Shown: positions 57,549 through 64,000 of the stretch, piece by piece
Position numbering within the stretch: position 1 is the stretch's first letter
Layout: the number at the start of each line of letters is the position of its first letter
Origin: an uncultured delta proteobacterium
GTDB lineage: Bacteria > Myxococcota_A > Polyangia > Palsa-1104
Assembly (NCBI GenBank): GCA_963785725.1
Contig: CAWAWS010000006.1
Span: forward strand, 288,001-352,000
DNA: 64,000 nucleotides
Direction of reading: 5' to 3'
The notes under the pieces: generated by a model
Told to the model about the DNA's origin: nothing
Database searches by the model: none
The model's input: the letters and a program-made list of their open reading frames with translations, nothing else
Position numbers and translations under genes: made by a program

Positions 57549-58833
57549 ATGAGCGGTCAGCTCAAAGTCCTCGTCGTCGGCGGCGGCGGTCGCGAGCACG
57601 CGCTGGCGTGGGCGCTGCGTCGTTCGCCGTCGGTGGGCGAGGTCTTGTGCGCGCCCGGCAACGTGGGAATCGCCGCGGTCGCGCGCTGCATCGCCGTGCG
57701 CGTCGACGCCATCGACGACTTGGTCGCGCTCGCGGAAGCCGAGAACGTCGACCTCGTCGTCGTCGGGCCGGAAGGGCCGCTCGTCGCGGGCTTGGCCGAT
57801 CGGCTGCGTGCGCGCGGTCGCGCCGTGTTCGGCTGCTCGGCGGCGGCCGCGCAGATCGAAGGCTCGAAGGCGTTTGCCAAGGAGCTGATGGCGCGTCACG
57901 GCGTGCCGACGGCGCGTTTCGGCAGCTTCACCAGCGTCGCCGACGCCGAGCCGTTCCTCGCGCAGCTGCTTGGCGACGAGCGATCGCGTCGTCTTGAAGG
58001 CCGACGGGCTGGCCGCCGGCAAAGGCGTCGTCATCGCCGAGCGCGCCGACGCCGCGCGCGAATTGGCGGCGATGCTGGCCGGCGCGACCGTCGGCGACGC
58101 CGGCCGCCGCGTCGTCATCGAGGAGTTCCTCGTCGGCCGCGAGGCGTCGTTGATGGCGCTGGTCGACGGCGAGCGCGTGACGCCGCTGGCGGTCGCCGAG
58201 GATCACAAGACCGTGTCCGACGGCGACGTCGGGCCGATGACCGGCGGCATGGGCGTCGTCTCGCCGACGCCGGCGCTCGACGACGCCGGCATCGCCCGCG
58301 CCGTGCGCGAAATCTTGCAGCCGACGGCGCGCGGCCTCGTCGCCGAAGGCAAGCCGTTCAGCGGCCTGCTGTACGCCGGCCTCATGGTCACCGCCGACGG
58401 CCCGCGCGTCATCGAGTTCAACTGCCGCTTCGGCGATCCGGAGACGCAGGCGTTGATGGTGCGGCTCGACGACGACTTGGGCGCCATGCTGCACGCCATC
58501 GCGACCCATGAGCCGGTGGAACGTGTTCGCTTTTCATCGCGCGCGTCGGTCTGCGTCGTCGTCGCCGCCGGCGGTTATCCGGGCGCCTATCGCAGCGGCC
58601 TGCCCATCGGCGGGCTCGACGATGCCGGCGCCGTCGACGGCGTCACCGTCTTTCACGCCGGCACGCGCCGCGGCGACGACGGTCACATCGTCACCGCCGG
58701 CGGCCGCGTCCTCGGCGTGACCGCGCTCGGCGGCGACGTCGAGGACGCGCGCAGCAGAGCTTATCGCGCAGTAGATTGCATCCAATTCGAAGGCGCTCAT
58801 CATCGACGCGACATCGGGAGGAGACGGACGTGA
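57549..58833 (+). CDS. purD: Phosphoribosylamine-glycine ligase (one frameshift near 57970)
   Basis: GGGGREHAL, EGSKAFAK in first frame; KADGLAAGKGV, EFNCRFGDPE, GGRVL in second. Confidence 0.93.
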
Positions 58834-59321
58834 GCATCAAAGTCGGCATTCTCATGGGTTCGGACAGTGACCTCGAGGTCATGAAGCAGGCACACAAGAC
58901 GCTGCAGGAGCTCGGCGTCACGTCGGAGCTGCGCGTGTTGTCGGCGCATCGCACGCCGGAAGAGGCGGGCGAATACGCGCGCGGCGCCGAGGCGCGCGGC
59001 ACGCAGGTGCTCATCGCCGGCGCCGGCTTGGCCGCGCACTTGGCGGGCGCGATCGTGGCGCAGACGACGCTGCCGGTCATCGGCGTGCCGCTGTCGGCGG
59101 GCACGTTGGGCGGGCTCGACTCGCTGCTGTCGACGGTGCAGATGCCGCCCGGCCTGCCGGTGGCGACGGTGGCGATCGGCGGCGCGATGAACGCGGCGCT
59201 GTTGGCGGCGGCCATCTTGGCGCTGTCCGATCCCGACTTGAAGGCGAAGCTCAAGCAGCGGCGCGTGCAGATGCACGACAAGGTGCTGGCGGCCGACGCG
59301 CGCGTGCAGGAAGGGCAGTAG
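58830..59321 (+). CDS. purE: N5-CAIR mutase PurE
   Basis: MGSDSD, SAHRTP, AGLAAHL, PVIGVP, QMPPGLPVATV; GTGA overlap and GGAGG RBS. Confidence 0.95.
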   Translation: MSIKVGILMGSDSDLEVMKQAHKTLQELGVTSELRVLSAHRTPEEAGEYARGAEARGTQVLIAGAGLAAHLAGAIVAQTTLPVIGVPLSAGTLGGLDSLLSTVQMPPGLPVATVAIGGAMNAALLAAAILALSDPDLKAKLKQRRVQMHDKVLAADARVQEGQ

Positions 59322-59324
59322 CCC

Positions 59325-60626
59325 ATGGCCGAGATCGCGCCGTTCCGCGGCATTTTGTACACGGCGAAAGCGGGCGCGCCCGAAAAGCTGTTGGCGCCGC
59401 CGTACGACGTGATTTCGCCCGAGGAGCGCGCGCGCTTGGCGGCGCTCGATCCGCACAACAGCGTCCGTTTGATCCTGCCCGAGGGCGCCGGCGACGAGAA
59501 ATACGCGGCCGCCGCGCGCGATCTGCAGGCGTGGCTGCACGACGGCATCATGGCGCGCGACGCGGCGCCGGCGCTCTATCGCTACCATCAGACCTTCACG
59601 GCCGAGGGGCGCACGGCGACGCGACGCGGGTTCATCTGCCGCATTCGGCTGGCGCGCTTCGACGAGCGCATCGTCTTGCCGCACGAGCGCACACTGGCTG
59701 GCCCCAAAGCCGATCGCCTGAAGCTGAAGCGAGCGGCGCGCGCGCACTTGTCGCAGGTGTTCGGCCTGTACTCGGATCCCGAGCGCAAGAGCGACGAGCC
59801 GTTCGCCGCCGTCGAGCAAGAGGCGCCGTTTCTGCACGGCACGACCAGCGACGGCGTCGAGCAGAAGCTGTGGCGGCTGACCGATCCGGCGGCGCAGCAG
59901 CAAGTCGTGGCGCTGCTCGCGAACGAGAAGATCTACATCGCGGATGGTCATCATCGTTACGAGACGATGTTGGCGTTGCGCGACGAATTGCGGGTCGAGG
60001 CGCACAACAACCCGCGTTCGTCGGTCGAATACGGCACGATCTTCCTCGCCAACATGGATGACCCGGGGCTGCTCGTGTTCCCGACGCATCGGGTGGTGCA
60101 CGGGCTGCCGTCGTTCGATCGCGCGTCGCTGTTGGAGAAGGCGCGCGCCTTCTTCGACGTGACCGAGGCGCCGCTCGCCGACGCCGCGACGGTTCGCCGC
60201 ACCCTGGCCGAGCATGGCCTCGGCGGACCGACGTTCGCGGTGGCGACGGCCGACGCGCTGGCCTATTTGACGCTGAAGAAGAACGTGTCGCTCGACGGTA
60301 TCCCGTCGCTGCAAGGGCCGGCCGTGTTGCGGACGCTCGACGTGACGCTGTTGCACGCGCTGGTCATCGAGCAGATCTTGGGCATCGATCGCGCGGCGCA
60401 GGAAAAGCAGACCAACTTGCGCTACGTCAAGGACACGGCGGCGGCGCTGGCGGACGCCAAAGGCGCCGACGTGCAAGCGGTGCTGCTCATGAACCCGACG
60501 CCGGTGGCACACGTCAAAGCCGTGGCCGACGCGGGCGAGGTCATGCCGCAGAAGTCGACGTTCTTCTATCCCAAGCTGGCGTCGGGGCTCGTCATCAATC
60601 CGATCATTCCGTCGGAGAACGTCTGA
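59325..60626 (+). CDS. DUF1015 family protein
   Basis: APPYDVIS, PHERT, IADGHHRYET, MPQKSTFFYPKL. Confidence 0.9.
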   Translation: MAEIAPFRGILYTAKAGAPEKLLAPPYDVISPEERARLAALDPHNSVRLILPEGAGDEKYAAAARDLQAWLHDGIMARDAAPALYRYHQTFTAEGRTATRRGFICRIRLARFDERIVLPHERTLAGPKADRLKLKRAARAHLSQVFGLYSDPERKSDEPFAAVEQEAPFLHGTTSDGVEQKLWRLTDPAAQQQVVALLANEKIYIADGHHRYETMLALRDELRVEAHNNPRSSVEYGTIFLANMDDPGLLVFPTHRVVHGLPSFDRASLLEKARAFFDVTEAPLADAATVRRTLAEHGLGGPTFAVATADALAYLTLKKNVSLDGIPSLQGPAVLRTLDVTLLHALVIEQILGIDRAAQEKQTNLRYVKDTAAALADAKGADVQAVLLMNPTPVAHVKAVADAGEVMPQKSTFFYPKLASGLVINPIIPSENV

Positions 60627-61357
60627 ACGACGCGCCCCCGAATACCGCAGGCGACGCCGATCTGACGCGCGATTCGATCTTGCGCGGGCGTCTTAGGCTG
60701 TGGCAGCCGCGCGTCGGTTATCGCTTCTCGCTCGATCCTTTATTGCTCATCGGCTTCGTGGCGCCGCCGTTCGGTCGGCTCGCCGACGTCTGCAGCGGCT
60801 GCGGCATCGTCGGGCTCGGCCTCTTGTCACGCGACGCCGCGGCGACGGCCACGCTCGTCGAGCTGCAGCCGCGGCTGGCGACGCTGGCGCGGCGCAACGC
60901 CGACGACAACGGCCACGGCGCCCGTGTCACCGTCGAGAATGCCGATGTAAATACGCTCGGCAGTCGTCATTACGATCTCGTCGTCGCCAATCCGCCGTAT
61001 CGACTGCTCGCCGAAGGGCCGGCGTCGCCGAATCCCGAAGTGGCGACGGGGCAGCACGAGCTGACGCTGACGCTGGCGCAGCTGACGACGGCGATGCGTC
61101 GCCTGCTCGAGCCCAACGGTCGCGCGGCGCTCGTCTATCCGGCGCGGCGGCTCGGCGAGCTCTTGGCCGCGCTCGACGGCGCCGGCTTGCGGCCGCTGCG
61201 TCTGCGCTGCGTGCATCCGCGCGCCGACGAGCCGGCCAATCGCATCCTCGTCGAGGCGCACAAAGGCGCGCGCGGCCCGCTCGTCATCGAGCCGCCGCTG
61301 GTCGTGCGCGACGGCGACGGCTACAGCGCCGAAGCGTCGCAGCTGCTCGGCGACTGA
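60623..61357 (+). CDS. tRNA1(Val) A37 N6-methyltransferase-like (TrmN6/YfiC)
   Basis: QPRVGYRFSLD, DVCSGCG, VELQ, ANPPY; start uncertain (CTG 60623 or TTG 60680). Confidence 0.82.
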   Translation: MNDAPPNTAGDADLTRDSILRGRLRLWQPRVGYRFSLDPLLLIGFVAPPFGRLADVCSGCGIVGLGLLSRDAAATATLVELQPRLATLARRNADDNGHGARVTVENADVNTLGSRHYDLVVANPPYRLLAEGPASPNPEVATGQHELTLTLAQLTTAMRRLLEPNGRAALVYPARRLGELLAALDGAGLRPLRLRCVHPRADEPANRILVEAHKGARGPLVIEPPLVVRDGDGYSAEASQLLGD

Positions 61358-61377
61358 AACGCGCGCTGGACTTGAAG

Positions 61378-62697
61378 TTAGAAGCCGACGCCGACGTTGA
61401 CGATGCTGACGGTGTTGGCGTAGACGAAGGCGCTCGTCGTGCCGAGGAGCGTGAAGTCGCCGCCGTCGCTGAGCTCGCCGCCGGACTGAAGCGTGACCTT
61501 GCCGGGCGCTTGGTTGAACGCGGCGAAGCGACCGAGCGGATCGGTGCTGCTGCGACGCGACGTCGGCGTCTGCGTCAGCGGATCGGTCGTGAAGTAGCTG
61601 AACCGATCGCTCACCGGCGCCAGCGCCACCTCGGCGTTCGTCAAGCGCACGCCGTCGCAGTCGTGGGCCTCGCCGAGGATGATGCCGCGATCGAAGGTGA
61701 TTCCGCCCGGCAAACCGGCCTGGACGGCCAAGCGCCCGTAGTCGATCTGCGACATGGCCGTGACATTCAATCGATAGATGACGATGACGAGGCCGCTGGC
61801 GTCGACGGTCTTGTCGTAGCACTCCGAGTCGCTGGGCGAGCTGCAGGTGCGCGCCAGCGGATTGACCGTGCCGCCGGGCGTGTTCGCGGGCGGCACCTCG
61901 ACGTTCCATTGCAGCGTGGTGGCCCAGTTGGAGTCGGGGCGCGAGTTGACGCCGGTGATGCGCACGACGAGCGGCTGGCCGATGGGAACGTTGCTGACCT
62001 GGTAGCTCGCCTCCCAGCGCAGGCGATCGCTGCAGACGCCGCCGTGGCCGTCGTCGCGGCAGTATTTGCCGTTGTCGGGGTGGCCGTTGAGCCCGTCGTT
62101 GCACGCGACCGCGCAGCCGCTCGTGATGGCCAAGCTGCAGCCGAGCGACAGATCTTGGTCGCAGGCGAGCCACGGGAAGAGCGGCGTCGGCGGCGGCAGC
62201 GGCGTCGGCGACGGCACATAGGTCGTCGGCTTGTAGAGCGTGATCGTCGACGAGCCGAGCGGCACCAGCGCCGCCGGATCGATGCCCGTCGCCAGCTGCA
62301 GCCCGTTGAACAGCGACAGCGTCACCTTCTCGCCGTTGCCGCCGCTGTCGAAGACGTGGACGAAGCCGGTCAAGGTCACGTTGTCGAGCGCGGCGGGCGC
62401 GCTCAGGTCGGGGCCGCTGCTGCTCGTCGTCGTGGTCGTCGGCAGGCAGCTCAGGTTGGGCGCGGCTTGGCCGTTGGAAGCGCAAGAGCTGGTGATGCTG
62501 CTCGAGCAGGCGGTGCGCGTGGTGACGGCGGTCGGCGCAAAGAAGCAGCCGATGTTGGCGAGGCCGGCGTCGAGGTTGGGCGTGCTCAAACCGCCGTCGA
62601 CGTCGCTGTCGGCGGACTTGCAGATCGGCCAGGTGTTCGCCGGATTCTTGCAGCCGGCGAACACCAGCAGCAGCGACAGCAGGTAGCCCGATTTCAT
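61378..62697 (-). CDS. Cys-rich lipoprotein with carboxypeptidase-regulatory-like C-terminus
   Basis: Lipobox FAGC; GEAHDCDGVRLTNAEV...TDPLGRFAAFNQAPG. Confidence 0.65.
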   Translation of the reverse strand: MKSGYLLSLLLVFAGCKNPANTWPICKSADSDVDGGLSTPNLDAGLANIGCFFAPTAVTTRTACSSSITSSCASNGQAAPNLSCLPTTTTTSSSGPDLSAPAALDNVTLTGFVHVFDSGGNGEKVTLSLFNGLQLATGIDPAALVPLGSSTITLYKPTTYVPSPTPLPPPTPLFPWLACDQDLSLGCSLAITSGCAVACNDGLNGHPDNGKYCRDDGHGGVCSDRLRWEASYQVSNVPIGQPLVVRITGVNSRPDSNWATTLQWNVEVPPANTPGGTVNPLARTCSSPSDSECYDKTVDASGLVIVIYRLNVTAMSQIDYGRLAVQAGLPGGITFDRGIILGEAHDCDGVRLTNAEVALAPVSDRFSYFTTDPLTQTPTSRRSSTDPLGRFAAFNQAPGKVTLQSGGELSDGGDFTLLGTTSAFVYANTVSIVNVGVGF

Positions 62698-62758
62698 GGC
62701 GCGCACCATAGCACGATGAGACGCGGCAACCGTCCCGCTAGTTGCTCTCGGTTTTGCG

Positions 62759-63676
62759 CTACGTTTTGACGCGATCGCGGCCGGTCTTCTTGGCGCGATA
62801 GAGGGCTTCGTCGGCCTTGCGCAAAAGGACGTCGGCGGCGGCGCCGTCGTCGGGGAACGCGGCGACGCCGATGCTGATGGTCGGCCGCACGACGACGCCG
62901 TCCTTCTCGAAGCGGTGGCCCGATACGACCGAGCGGATGTTCTCGGCGACGCGCGTGGCGTGGCGCTTGGAATGACCCGGCAAATAGGCGGCGAACTCGT
63001 CGCCGCCGAAGCGGCAGGCGGCGCCGTGCGGCGACACCACCTGGCCGATGAGCTTGCCGGCCTCCGCGATCGTGTGCGCGCCGACGGGATGGCCGTGCGT
63101 GTCGTTGATGCGCTTCAACCCGTCGAGATCGAGCATCAGCACCGCGAGCACGTTCTTCGTCAGCCGCGCATCCTCGACGGCGCGCGCATAGGCCGCGTCG
63201 AAGCGCCGCTTGGCGATGAGGCCGGTCAGGTCATCGGTGCCGACGAGGACGTCCATCTGCGCGTGATAGCCGACCTCGAGCGCGTCCGAGAACGTGAACT
63301 TGACCACGCAGGCGCCGACGTAAATGCGATCGCCGGCCTCGAGCCGCTTCTGCCCGAGGACGCGCTTGCCATTGAGCAGCGTGCCGTTGGTCGAGCCCAA
63401 ATCCTCGACAAAAAACGCGTTCTTGTCCTTGTCGTAGACGACGCGGCAGTGGCGGCGCGAGATGCCTTCGTCCTGCAGCGTCAGCTCGACGCGCGGATCG
63501 CGCCCGATCGTCACCGCCTTCTCCAGCATGACGTGCGTGCCGATTTCCGACTCCGAGCCCTGCAAGACGACCAGCGCCGCGTGCTTCAGCTGCGTGCGCG
63601 CGATCGACTCGCGCACGTCGTCGACGTTGAGCTTCACCGTCTCGGGAGCCAGCGTTCGGCGACGGCGCGGCGGCAT
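62759..63676 (-). CDS. FHA-GGDEF diguanylate cyclase
   Basis: FHA (IGR, SRRH, STNGT); DDLTGL, NDTHGH, intact RFGGDEF, SIGVA, ADEALYRAK. Confidence 0.92.
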   Translation of the reverse strand: MPPRRRRTLAPETVKLNVDDVRESIARTQLKHAALVVLQGSESEIGTHVMLEKAVTIGRDPRVELTLQDEGISRRHCRVVYDKDKNAFFVEDLGSTNGTLLNGKRVLGQKRLEAGDRIYVGACVVKFTFSDALEVGYHAQMDVLVGTDDLTGLIAKRRFDAAYARAVEDARLTKNVLAVLMLDLDGLKRINDTHGHPVGAHTIAEAGKLIGQVVSPHGAACRFGGDEFAAYLPGHSKRHATRVAENIRSVVSGHRFEKDGVVVRPTISIGVAAFPDDGAAADVLLRKADEALYRAKKTGRDRVKT

Positions 63677-63691
63677 TCGCCGTCTACGATA

Positions 63692-64000
63692 TCAGCTCTC
63701 GAGCTCCTCGCCCAGCCGCTCCCACTCGCTCATCCACGACTTGAGGCGCTGCTCGAGCAGCTCCTTCTCGGCCACGAGCGCGTTCAGCTTGTTCCAATCG
63801 CCGCCATGATCGGCCGCCAATTTGTCGTTGAGCGCGCCAATCTCCGTCTCCGCCGTCGCGACCTTGTCTTCCAGCTCCTTGAGTCGCTTGCGCTTCTTCT
63901 CGGTCTCGCGCTGCCCGGCCTTCTGCCGCTCGCGCTCGGCGATGCGGTCGCCTTTGGCCTCGTCCTTGGCGTCGGGCTTGGCCTCGACGACGGCAGGCTT
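63692..64000 (-). CDS. ABC-F family ATPase C-terminal coiled coil (partial)
   Basis: Manual translation KKRKRLKELEDKVATAETEIGALNDKL...DWNKLNAL...WMSEWERLGEELES*, resembling ABC_tran_CTD. Confidence 0.65.
   Translation of the reverse strand, partial: KPAVVEAKPDAKDEAKGDRIAERERQKAGQRETEKKRKRLKELEDKVATAETEIGALNDKLAADHGGDWNKLNALVAEKELLEQRLKSWMSEWERLGEELES

Overview
This is a very GC-rich chromosomal core region, most likely from a myxobacterium (Myxococcota). That assignment is inferred from the gene content: a Hanks-type Ser/Thr kinase, PEGA, FHA, PilZ, MshEN and TPR/HEAT proteins, many lipoproteins, and an SctQ/FliN homologue. About 58 CDS can be supported. Housekeeping genes include pdxA, uvrA, coaE, engB, rimI, pyrK-pyrD, glnB-glnA, psd, pgpA, GH57-galT-glgA, parAB, lon, dnaK and purH-purD-purE, interspersed with signalling and envelope genes. 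I saw no tRNA, rRNA, CRISPR array, integrase or transposase. uvrA, glnA, glgA, galT, the GH57 gene and purD are frameshifted, most plausibly by long-read or consensus errors. The most interesting signals are: pervasive leaderless promoters, including divergent pairs sharing an overlapping -10 element; a translationally coupled micro-ORF with a hairpin between pyrK and pyrD; a parAB operon extended by a PilZ-pseudoreceiver and a Zn-ribbon gene; an orphan SctQ with a probable internal start; a MerR-like plus sigma-region-4-only regulator pair with a palindromic operator; and an operator-controlled di-heme cytochrome lipoprotein. No single clearly novel multi-gene system is proven from sequence alone.
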